NCBI GenBank assembly: GCA_950097015.1
Contig: CATNEN010000033.1
Coordinates: 2,294,001-2,358,000 of the forward strand
DNA length: 64,000 nt
Origin: Macrostomum hystrix
Lineage: Eukaryota > Animalia > Platyhelminthes
Direction of reading: 5' to 3'
Program-made: the position numbers and the translations under genes
Part shown: piece by piece, positions 12,701 through 23,178 of the stretch
Layout: every line of letters starts with the position of its first letter
How positions within the stretch are numbered: the stretch's first letter is position 1
Notes under the pieces: model-generated
Told to the model about the DNA's origin: nothing
Seen by the model: the letters and a program-made list of their open reading frames with translations, nothing else
The model's database searches: none

Positions 12701-15700
12701 CCCAACATCTGGCACCTGACGTATGTTATCTGACATCTTTCATATCATTTCTGACATCTGTCAGCTGACATCTGACAGCTAGAGTCTTGCAGATTTTCCT
12801 AACATCCAGCAAACTTAATCCAGGTCTTTGAGTTGCTTACAAAGTGTTCTGGTGATCTGAAAACGGTCTTAGTAAACTGCTCAGTCGCAGACTCACGGAT
12901 TCAGAAATTGATTGATGCTGAAATCTGCAGTTCTAACACAGCTCACTGACTTGAGTTTTTACACGCAGAAATTTATTTAAAAGCTTTTGTTTTTTCTTGC
13001 GGCTTTTGAGCGCGATTTTAATTTGTTAATTTGAGCTCATTTTTGGGCGCCCACTAAATTCGCTTTTACTTGACGTTTGCTCTGTGCCTGGATCTGTTGG
13101 CAACAAATTTTGTTTCCTTTTTTCATTAATTTTTGTTTTTTTATATAGAATTGATTTGTAAGGCCAGATTGTGTTTACTAGTCACACTAATTACCTAACT
13201 CAACATTCTGTTTGCTCAATTCGACTGCAGCCAAAGTCGCGCTCACTGAAAGAGGTTTGTATGAGGCTAATTGCATTCCAGCCAATCTCCAAGGCCCTAA
13301 ACACCTTTTAGCGATCACTTTCCCACCCACCTCCCAATTTTGCATCTAACAACAGACTCAACCAATCACAACAGCGCGGCTGCTCACTCTCATTGCACAC
13401 ACCCCCTCCCCACACACACACACACACATCCTAGTAGGCCTGTAGACTCCACTGCGAAAAGTTTTATCATTGTTCTATTTTCCACGCCACCTTCTGTCTC
13501 TCTCTGTCTCTCTACAATGAATTTTCTAACTTCTCTAAAGGCACATTGTGTAACTTAGCTCGTAACTAGATTAGCTAATGAATTCATAGCTAATGAATTC
13601 AATACTGTTAATTTTTTAACAGCCTGACATCTATTGACAAGTCTGACATCTATCCAGCATCTGTCTGACATCTATCCAGCATCTGCCTGACATCTATCCA
13701 GCATCTGTCTGACATCTATCCAGCATCTGTCTGACATCAATTTAGCATCTGTCTGACATTTATCTAACATCTATTTGGAACATATCTGACGTCTGAAAAC
13801 TTTCTGATATTCATCTGACACCTGTTCAGAATGTATCTGACGCAATAATTAATTTTTCGCCCACTCCGTTGGCATTATAAGTATCAATTTTTCTGTCCAT
13901 CATGTACTTTCCTTCAGTCTTGAACCTTGCTTGAGTAGTGTTTGTCTTCAAAATTGCAGACTTTTCTTTAAAACCCAAACGGGGGAAGCTTATGCAATTA
14001 GTAATTACTCGTTTTTACTTTTTTAGCTCGCGAATTTGCTCCATGGGCATCAAGCATAATTCAATTTCTTTACAAGTAATCAAAGTTTGTGGTTAGAATC
14101 CCAATTAGCATTTTCCTCTTATGCCAAACCGCTGAGCGTACTTTGAAAGTCAATAAGTTGTTCGAGGTAATTACTCTCGCACAACCCCTCACTCTGCTAC
14201 TCACTCTCACACTAACCTAATTACCAACCCCTTTCGAAACCATCGTACATCAATGCACCTGTTGTGACTTACACGTAAATTTAAGTGAGGCTTAAATAAT
14301 GGTTGGTTGTTGGTGCGATTAGAAATCCTTGCGGCGGTCCGAGAGCCAGCGGGTCAAGAATATATAGCCAGAAGTCTCGTAACCAATTTTATTGATTTTA
14401 TTATAGCGAGATAACAATGGGGGAGCTGAGCGTACATTGTGGAGAGAAAGATAAGAGACGAGCGATCGAGAGGGGGTGGCGAACACGGGGGGGTTGAGGC
14501 GTACATTAGAGAAAAGGTGGGCAGGCAGCGAAGATACGAGTAATGCATGAGGGGGTCCAGTGCAGGCGCACTTCATGATAATTTAGCGACACTCCCCCGA
14601 AAAAAACGAATAGATGACAGGTGACAGGTAATTGATTAGTTACTCGTAAGTCGCGCGAATGAAAGAAAGGCAATAACTTTAACAGTATATCATCCTCCCC
14701 CGAAAAAATACCAAAATTGACGATAATGAATAGGAAACGAATAAATTAATGACAATAAATTTTCAAGCAAAAACTTTCGAAACCGCATCGACATTGAACA
14801 TTCTTAGAGTGCAAACGTTTAGATGATGAAAAAAAATATCTTAAGTAGTGAATTTTGAAATTACGCTCGACTTTTATAATTGAGATAACGAAAAAAAAGA
14901 AAAAACTGAGGTGAGATCACTCAGAGAACTCCAGGGGAACCAAGGCCTGAACCGGGCGTCTAATGCGCTTTTGACGAAGGCGGCTTGGTGATTCTTGAGA
15001 TGTTGAAGGATGGTGACCTTCAAAAGAGCTGGCGAGCAGGTCAATCCGAATGGGACTCTGCAGAAACGGTAGTGAATCAGCTGATTGTGATTTGGTTCCG
15101 AATCCCTTGACTGGACCCACAGGAAGCGCAAGAAGTCGCGATCTTCAAGTTCGATTCCGACTTGCAGAAAAGCCTTCTCGATATCGGCTAGGATTGCAAT
15201 CGGATGCCACCGGAATCGGATTAATAGAGCTGGAATTTGGGGGAACTCTGTTGGTCCCACTTGCAGAAGATCGTTGATGGACAGATCATCTTTGTGCAGC
15301 TTGGCGGATCCATCGTAGACAACTCTGAGTTTTGTGAATTCACTGTTCGACTTCACGACGTAAGAATGCGGCAGGTAATGGACCGAAGTCAATGGTTTGC
15401 ATAAGTCGTCAGACGGAACTCTCTCAATGATGCCGGCCTGTTCCTGCTCTTCAATGATGTCCCTGTACTTCTTCAGGAGCTCAGGAAACTTATTCAAACG
15501 TTGCATTGTTGAACGAAGGCGACGGAAGGCGAGATCGAAGTGATTATCGAGAGAACGAGTGACTTCTAGCTGCTTCCAAGGTAGCTTAACGGAATACCTA
15601 GATTCGAATAGTCGAGGAGCGCAATCAAACGAGCTTTCTTCTGCCTTTGTGTGTGGATCCGTGATTCCTAGAGTTTCTAGCTTCCAGAAGCTTGTTAGGT

Positions 15701-18700
15701 CATCTTCCGTTTCCACTCGGACTGAGCAGCATAATGTTTGAACTGCTGTGCAAGCAGCGTTGTCTGATTGATCATATTCTTTAGTCAGGCAGTCGACAGT
15801 CAGTGGTCCACACAAAACGAAGCCGAGTTTCGTTTCCATAGCTACTGGACCGGAGGCACCACGGACTACATTGCCTGTGACGATTTGATAATATTGATCG
15901 GATCCGACGAGGATGGAAATTGGCGTTGTAGCGTCACGTGGATCATAGGGGTCAGCAAGATCTAAGCCACCGAGATGTTCGTAACTGGTAACCATGACCG
16001 AACGTTGTGGTTGGCATATATCTTTGACGATGCTGGCGTCGAGTCGGATTACTTGGGGTGAGTCAATTTTTCGAAGAGTCAGCGTGACTTTGCCCGAGTC
16101 GACCACTGAGGTGTGGCCTGAGAAGGCTGATATCTGAAGTCGTTCGGAGTTCGTCGACTGGAGGCCGAGAAGCTGGCAAACATCTTCGCGGATATAGGTT
16201 CGATTGCTACCAGTATCGAGCAACATGCGTACCATCAACTCGCGTTCACCTCCGGAGCTTAGCAGAATGGCCTTTGCGACAGGCAATACGACAGTTGGAT
16301 TGCGCATAATGAACATTGGAAGAACTGCTTGTTGCTGCTGATGACTAGTCAGATTGGAGTCAGTTCGAGTTAGACACGTAGTACTGTGAATTGTTTCATC
16401 TGCGATGTTTGTGATGTTTGGGTGGTCCTTGTGATGATCATCCTGTGAAGAAGGCTGAGAAGAGACAGTCAAACATCGGTCCTTTCGTGAGAGAACTTGA
16501 GGCGGATTCTTAGACTTTGTGATTGGACCGACCTTTGTGTTCGACTGATCAGTGGTAGCTGTACAAATGCTAGAGTGATGATTGCCAGAGCAGATTCGGC
16601 AGCAGCGGCGATCGCTACATGCCTTTGATAAGTGTCCGGTTCGAAGACACTTGAAGCAACGATCGGTTTTCTTTAAGAAGTTCATTCTAGAAGTTACAGA
16701 GGCCATTGTTGGGCATTTTTCAGAAATATGGGCGGAACCACAGTACGTACAGAACACTTTTACGGAGGCCGCTGGTCGAAAATCTGTCTGTATTTGACGG
16801 GAAGGTAAGGCTGTGGTCTTGTCTGAGACCAGAGTAGATGCAGAAGCGAGCTTAGGAATCGTTGAGGCGTTTGCTCCCTTTTCGAAGTCTCGAGGGCGGA
16901 GCTTCTGCGATGCAGTCATACCAGCAGCTTCTCGAAGGTTAATCTCGTTTTGTAGGCACTCTAGTAGAGCCTCAATGGAGTCAATCTCATTGCCCGCCAA
17001 GTTGGCTGAGCGGTGCAGTTCGAGTCGAAGTTCAGCTGGGCAGCGACGCAGCAGGGATGGAAGCAGCAGAGCCTCATACGACGATGAAGAGACACCTTGG
17101 TTACTAAGATTTTGAGTGATCGCAGCTACATCATCGTGAAAGCGCTGCAACCCAATCAATGTGGTGTCAACAAGTTGAAGGTCGGACAATTGGGTCATTA
17201 GGTCACGAATAATAATCTCGGGCTTGCCATAGCGATCCTTAAGAGTACTTACTGCGGCACGATAATTTGACGAAGTAACGGAGAATCCTCGGATGCAAGA
17301 GCGAGCTGAATCCGAAAGACAGTCTAGCAGGTAATTGAATTTATCTATGTCAGACAGTGAGTTATTCGAATCGATCGAGGATGAAAACTGATCCCAGAAT
17401 GTTTGCCAGGTTGCGACAGTACCATGAAAGGTAGGGATCTGACGCTTCGGCAGCCGGATGTTGGGCTCAGTTGACTTCTGTCCTAAAGCTGGACTGGTCC
17501 GCGTATCGAGTTGATATTTCGAGGAAAACCCTTCTAATAATTTGATTGTCTGCCGACATTTGAGAGAGTATTCTTGAATTGAATCCTGCTCTTCATCCAA
17601 CGTCTCGTCTGGAATTCCAAATTCTAACTCCTCATCCATCTTTTCCAGCTGATTCATCTTGGCCTTTAAAATCTCCAACAGTGAGTCCGCTTCAGCTAAT
17701 GTCTTAGCCGTCGATTTTCCACTCTTATCTATTATAGAAGAGCTTCTGCCTTGCCGATTGCCTTCGTAATACTCGAACGAACAACAGCCCTTCGCCGAAC
17801 TAGCTCAGAAATCTCCTCCTTGGACAACGACATGATGAAGCAACTCAAACGAGCTCGACCCTAGATGACCGATAAACGAAGGACAGAGCGCAGTCAACAC
17901 CCGGGATAAGCCAAGACCCTAGAGAAATTAGTCAACCAAAAAAGGGAGGAAGATGGTCCAATGGTACAATGAGCAAAAAAAACAAGAGTTGCTTTGAAAT
18001 TGAACAGGAACTGAAAAAAATCGTACGGATAAGTCGGACAAGCTCACTACACAATCGACAGTCTGATGATGTAGTCCGGGAAGTACTGAAGTGTCCTGAG
18101 ACCAGGAGCGAAACCGCCACGATAAGACCGCGAGAGACTGACGAAATCGCGGCGAGACAGGCGAGGCGAGACCGCGACGAGACAGAGCCGAGATGACGAG
18201 ACCGCGACGAGACAACCGAGATGACGAGACCGCGACGAGACAACCGAGATGACGAGACCGCGAAGAGACAACCGAGATGACGAGACCGCGAAGAGACAGA
18301 AGAAAACAACGACTAGACAGAGCCGAGACAACGAGACCGCGACGAGACGAGAAACAGCGTTTTAATTTAGATTGGGGCGCCATGTTGTGACTTACACGTA
18401 AATTTAAGTGAGGCTTAAATAATGGTTGGTTGTTGGTGCGATTAGAAATCCTTGCGGCGGTCCGAGAGCCAGCGGGTCAAGAATATATAGCCAGAAGTCT
18501 CGTAACCAATTTTATTGATTTTATTATAGCGAGATAACAATGGGGGAGCTGAGCGTACATTGTGGAGAGAAAGATAAGAGACGAGCGATCGAGAGGGGGT
18601 GGCGAACACGGGGGGGTTGAGGCGTACATTAGAGAAAAGGTGGGCAGGCAGCGAAGATACGAGTAATGCATGAGGGGGTCCAGTGCAGGCGCACTTCATG

Positions 18701-21353
18701 ATAATTTAGCGACAGCACCCACCCCACTCCAAACCAGCGTACATCAACGCACCCACCCCATTCCAAACCAGCGTACATCAATGCACCCACCCCACTCCAA
18801 ACCAACGTACATAAACGCACCCACCTCACTCCAAACCAACGTGCGTCAACGCACCCACCCCATTTTGCACCATAACCCACCTCACTCCGTCCCCTATGTC
18901 ACCTCGCTGCTGACGTAAAAGGCCACCTAAAATTTAGCTTCTTAATTTTTATACTCCTGCCAAATTTTGCTCCAGTTTTAGTTTTTTAAATTCGCTTTAA
19001 CAATGTTTCCTTTAACTTCCTTTCTGCTTGACTAAACATAATGTTCGAGCAAGTGGGCAAGAAATGTTATTGATAAGCCCAATTTTACGAGATTACTGAG
19101 AGATTTTTATCTGAATAAAGATATTTCATATCATCGATCGACAATGTGTAACATACGAACCTGCGTCACGTCACAGTCAGTTTGGCTTTGCCGCAGCGAG
19201 ACCCACCTTCAGTTAGTTAGCTGTAAAAGCAGTAGAAAAGCTACTGAGAATGCTATAAATTTACATGTACATAAATGTGTGAACTTGTATATCTTATCTG
19301 CCTCATAAAAACTGTGTCCGAAAATTTTGCCACCAAACTCTCCTCTGTGCTCTCATTGGCTGGACACACTGCACCCACCCCAAAGTTAGGCGCACAACCT
19401 CACACCGAACCTGAGACCTTGAATATAGGAATTTTACGGCACACACACTGTGCTGAGTTTTACATAGACTCTACTGAGAGCGCTGCGCATTAAGTGATGT
19501 TGCAAATAGTTGCTCACAGTTACAAGTAGCTGCTTATTGGTTTTTCATGTACATTTTCCTTGGTCTGTAGTGTTCCCAACCCGTACATCGCACGCCAAAT
19601 CCTAGGAGTTCTCGAGACTTTTGTTGAGCAGTTTAGGTGAAACGCTCTTCTTGCCTCTCAACAAGGAAAATGGACGCAAAATACGTCAGTCCACCGCCTC
19701 CTCGACCCACCCTCAGTTGGCTGACATTGTCAATGGACACCTGCTGCACATGATGGAGTCTTTGAAGGCCTGCAATTCCACCATCCTGACCAAGGTAAGC
19801 AGCTCTGAATCCTCTCCTTAATGTCACATTTTTATATCCTCTCTTCGATTAAAATATCTGCTCGTCTATTTCAAAATGACGCCCTCTATTTCAAATCACG
19901 CCCTCTATTTCAAATCATGTCCTCTAATTCAAAATCATGTCCTCTATTTCAAATCATGTCCTCTAATTCAAAATCATGCCCTCTATTTCAAATCACGCCC
20001 TCTATTTCAAATCATGTCCTCTATTTCAAATCATGCCCTCTATTTCAAATCATGTCCTCTATTTCAAATCATGCCCTCTATTTCAAATCATGTCCTCTAT
20101 TTCAAATCATGCCCTCTATTTCAAATCATGTCCTCTATTTCAAATCATGTCCTCTATTTCAAATCATGCCCTCTATTTCAAATCATGTCCTCTATTTCAA
20201 ATCATGTCCTCTATTTCAAATCATGTCCTCTAATTCAAAATCATGTCCTCTATTTCAAATCATGCCCTCTATTTCAAATCATGTCCTCTATTTCAAATCA
20301 TGCCCTCTATTTCAAATCATGTCCTCTATTTCAAATCATGTCCTCTATTTCAAATCATGTCCTCTAATTCAAAATCATGTCCTCTATTTCAAATCATGTC
20401 CTCTAATTCAAAATCATGCCCTCTATTTCAAATCATGCCCTCTAATTCAAAATCATGCCCTCTATTTCAAATCACGCCCTCTATTTCAAATCATGCCCTC
20501 TATTTCAAATCATGTCCTCTAATTCAAAATCATGTCCTCTATTTCAAATCATGCCCTCTATTTCAAATCATGTCCTCTATTTCAAATCATGCCCTCTATT
20601 TCAAATCATGCCCTCTATTTCAAATCATGTCCTCTAATTCAAAATCATGTCCTCTATTTCAAAATCATGTCCTCTTTTTCAAATCATGTCCTATAATTCA
20701 AAATCATGCCCTCTATTTCAAAATCGTGTCCTCTATTTCAAATCATGCCCTCTATTTCAAATCATGTCCTCTAATTCAAATCATGTCCTCTATTTCAAAT
20801 CATGTCCTCTAATTCAAAATCATGTCCTCTATTTCAAATCATGTCCTCTAATTCAAAATCATGTCCTCTATTTCAAATCATGTCCTCTAATTCAAAATCA
20901 TGTCCTCTATTTCAAAATCATGTCATCTATTTCAAAATCATGTCCTCTATTTCAAAATCATGTCCTCTATTTCAAAATCATGTCCTCTATTTCAAAATCA
21001 TGTCCTCTAATTCAAAATCATGTCCTCTATTTCAAATCATGTCCTCTATTTCAAAATCATGTCCTCTATTTCAAAATCATGTCTTCTGTTTCAAAATCAC
21101 GCCCACTATTTAAAATCATGTCCTGCAGCTGATCGCGCTGTGGATTCCGGTGTTCTTCGCGCACACCAACCACTTGAACAACAGCACTCAGATCCGGCTG
21201 CAGCAGACCGTCAATTGGGAGCCGCCCGCCCCGCCAACTCAGGACCGCTCACTCACTGACGGCATGCTGCTGAAATGGTTGAAAGGCTACGTGCTGAAGC
21301 TGGGCTTGATTGAGAGCCAGTCTTCACAGGCCACTCAAATCTACATCACCTGA
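762..21353 (+). CDS. unc-79: UNC-79 (NALCN channel complex subunit), C-terminal part; the gene starts upstream of the window
   Basis: GT-AG exons with consistent phases: ~762-1186, 1269-1384, 2400-2786, 3528-3934, 4301-4517, 9244-9423, 19717-19794, 21129-21353 (stop). The joined peptide follows the UNC79 C-terminus: QYDEDTISLAIVCL, AKQFLRCSFHQLAPNG, FTKERDK, LHEDTLGAHLK, EFLECLEHIRLLSWLL, FWGRVTPGILQL, ESLKACNSTI, IRLQ...KWL. Confidence 0.93.
1395..2360. repeat. Intronic minisatellite with a CCATGGTATCTAACCCAC core, 19-31 bp units
   Basis: Visible tandem array filling unc-79 intron 1385-2399. Confidence 0.9.
2843..3486. repeat. Intronic minisatellites of 34 bp (2843-2990) and 33 bp (3226-3486) with a CCCCAATGTACACT core
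   Basis: Two related tandem arrays in intron 2787-3527. Confidence 0.9.
3976..4290. repeat. 16-bp minisatellite (AATCGATAATCAATCT)n
   Basis: Tandem array filling intron 3935-4300. Confidence 0.9.
4670..5880. repeat. 31/32-bp minisatellite with an AAATATTCTAGGAAAC core and two interspersed unit types
   Basis: Tandem array with AAAAACTCCGTGATTTAC and TGATAATCACCGATTTTC variants. Confidence 0.9.
6332..6508. repeat. 21-bp minisatellite (CTCAGTCACTCTGCTCATACA)n
   Basis: About 8 tandem copies. Confidence 0.9.
7714..7971 (+). repeat. 46-bp minisatellite, short array
   Basis: Unit CAGTGTACATTTAATCCATCAACAGACCGACAACCACCACCCCAAT, ~5.5 copies. Confidence 0.9.
8630..9125. repeat. C-rich degenerate minisatellite (CCCACCTCACTCC core)
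   Basis: Tandem 22-24 bp units upstream of exon 9244. Confidence 0.8.
9672..12412 (-). repeat. 46-bp minisatellite, long array (~60 units), inverted relative to 7714-7971
   Basis: Reverse complement of the same unit. Confidence 0.95.
13622..13800. repeat. 22-bp minisatellite (CTGACATCTATCCAGCATCTGT)n
   Basis: Tandem copies, with degenerate CTGACATCT copies also near 12700-12790. Confidence 0.8.
14260..14591 (-). repeat. 3' LTR of the BEL/Pao element
   Basis: Matches 18383-18714 with no difference seen by eye; the ORF-track peptides from both copies are identical. Confidence 0.95.
14592..14598 (-). promoter_or_regulatory. Polypurine tract GGGGGAG
   Basis: Directly precedes the 3' LTR on the minus strand. 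A similar motif recurs about 100 bp further inside (~14691-14710). Confidence 0.7.
14874..17833 (-). pseudogene. BEL/Pao gag-pro-pol polyprotein, frameshifted at the N-terminus and lacking the RT C-terminal half, RNase H and integrase
   Basis: The 934-aa ORF contains Pao gag-like (FWDQFSSSIDSN...KFNYLLDCL), Cys/His knuckles (CTYCGSAHISEKC, CFKCLRTGHLSKAC, CRICSGNHHSSIC), aspartic protease (LLDTGS) and RT (LADIEKAFLQV, RVPFGLTCSP). It has no YVDD and leaves homology at ~14985. The likely start is ATG 17833 in another frame. Confidence 0.9.
18371..18382 (-). promoter_or_regulatory. Primer-binding-site-like sequence TGGCGCCCCAAT
   Basis: Directly abuts the 5' LTR and begins TGG (complementary to tRNA CCA). 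The TGGCGCCC start resembles tRNA-Lys-type PBSs. Confidence 0.65.
18383..18714 (-). repeat. 5' LTR of the BEL/Pao element
   Basis: Direct repeat of 14260-14591; the PBS-like site follows it on the minus strand. Confidence 0.95.
18715..18900. repeat. 34-bp minisatellite interrupted by the LTR element
   Basis: Unit AAACCAGCGTACATCAACGCACCCACCCCACTCC; a related partial unit lies left of the element at ~14225-14259. Confidence 0.75.
19865..21122. repeat. 20/21-bp minisatellite (CCTCTATTTCAAATCATGT/C)n
   Basis: Fills the last unc-79 intron. Confidence 0.92.
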
Positions 21354-22121
21354 CAGCTTATATTTTCCTTTGTCATTTTTAGTGCCGTTTATGACACTGA
21401 GTATCATTTTCAGTGTCACTGACGTCGTTTTAATGACCTTAAGTATCAATTTCAGTGTCACTACTGTCATTTTATAAAGATACTAATCCATTTATTGAAT
21501 TTATTTGCATGTTTTTTGGTTTTTGTATAGGTTTATTATAGGTAAATCCTGTTTTATTTTCATAATGCCATCGAAAACGTTGGTGAGCCATGTCATTCTT
21601 ATAATATGCTTTTCTGTGAGCGCTATATTTATCTTTTTTTGAAATCTCAAAACTTTTTATTATGATTGATATTTACTAGTAGGCAACGATATATATTTAT
21701 ATACTGTAGATTTACCTGACCAATCTCGCCTATTCTATTCTAGTCGCCCTATAATACATTTTATTAGCTTTACTAGTCACATTGTTAAGGCTACAAAACG
21801 ATTTGTATTTTAACACTCTTTTAGTCTGTGTTCTCTGCACTACATTTGTGCTTGTGTGATGTTTAGATTGCAATCTGGACGCATTATATTTTCTAGCGAT
21901 GTTTTGTTTTAGTATTTCGTCAATGATTTTTGAAGCGGTCTGAAATATGCTGAAACTGTGTTATTATGAATCTGTTTTTATGCATCAATAACCAGTGTGT
22001 GATGCTTAGCTTGGAGTATGCTTTTTAGTTATCAAGAATTGTCCCAGCTATTCACTTTATTTTTGTTTGTAGATCAGCTTTCATTTTGGATAAATTAGTC
22101 ACTGTAATGATTTACAACATG

Positions 22122-23086
22122 TTAGACAAATAGCTAGCCTGTTAGACAGATAGCTAGCCTGTTAGACAAATAAGCTAGCCTGTTAGACAGATAGCTAGCC
22201 TGTTAGACAGATAGCTAGCCTGTTAGACAAATAGCTAGCCTGTTAGACAGATAGCTAACCTGTTAGATGAATAGCTAGCCTGTTAGATGTATAGCTAACC
22301 CGTTAGATGAATAGCTAACCTGTTAGACAAATAATTAACCTGTTAGATGAATAGCTAGCCTGTTAGATGAATAGCTAGCCTGTTAGATGAATAGCTAGCC
22401 TGTTAGACAGATAGCTAGCCTGTTAGACAAATAGCTAGCCTGTTAGACAGATAGCTAACCTGTTAGATGAATAGCTAACCTGTTAGATGAATAGCTAACC
22501 TGTTAGATGAATAGCTAACCCGTTAGATAAATAGCTAACCTGTTAGACAAATAGCTAACCTGTTAGATGAATAGCTAGCCTGTTAGATGAATAGCTAGCC
22601 TGTTAGATGAATAGCTAGCCTGTTAGATGAATAGCTAACCTGTTAGATGAATAGCTAGCCTGTTAGATGAATAGCTAACCCGTTAGATGAATAGCTAGCC
22701 TGTTAGATGAATAGCTAGCCTGTTAGATGAATAGCTAGCCTGTTAGATGAATAGCAGCCGTTAGATGAATAGCTAGCCCGTTAGATGAATAGCTAGCCTG
22801 TTAGATAAATTGCTAGCCTGTTAGATGAATAGCTAGCCCGTTAGATGAATAGCTAACCCGTTAGATGAATAGCTAGCCTGTTAGACAAATAGCTAGCCTG
22901 TTAGATGAATAGCTAGCCTGTTAGATGAATAGCTAGCCTGTTAGACAAATAGCTAGCCTGTTAGATGAATAGCTAACCCGTTAGACAAATAGCTAACCCG
23001 TTAGACAAATAGCTAGCCTGTTAGACAAATAGCTAACCCGTTAGACAAATAGCTAGCCTGTTAGACAAATAGCTAACCTGTTAGAC
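22122..23086. repeat. 20-bp minisatellite (CCTGTTAGATGAATAGCTAG)n
   Basis: About 48 tandem units between unc-79 and the SLC3 gene. Confidence 0.92.
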
Positions 23087-23178
23087 TATAATTTCCATCC
23101 AACCTGCAGCATTCTGGCCAGCCTGCCAGCGCAAGCTTCTATTCCAAGCTATTTTAATCGCCAATCTGCTAGCTCACA

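Larger units (their letters stand above)
14260..18714 (-). mobile_element. BEL/Pao LTR retrotransposon, internally deleted, antisense in an unc-79 intron
   Basis: Two 332-bp LTRs (14260-14591, 18383-18714) with TGT...ACA ends and a 5-bp target-site duplication GCACC (14255-14259, 18715-18719). PBS-like and PPT-like sites are present, as is a gag-protease-partial RT ORF. Confidence 0.95.
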
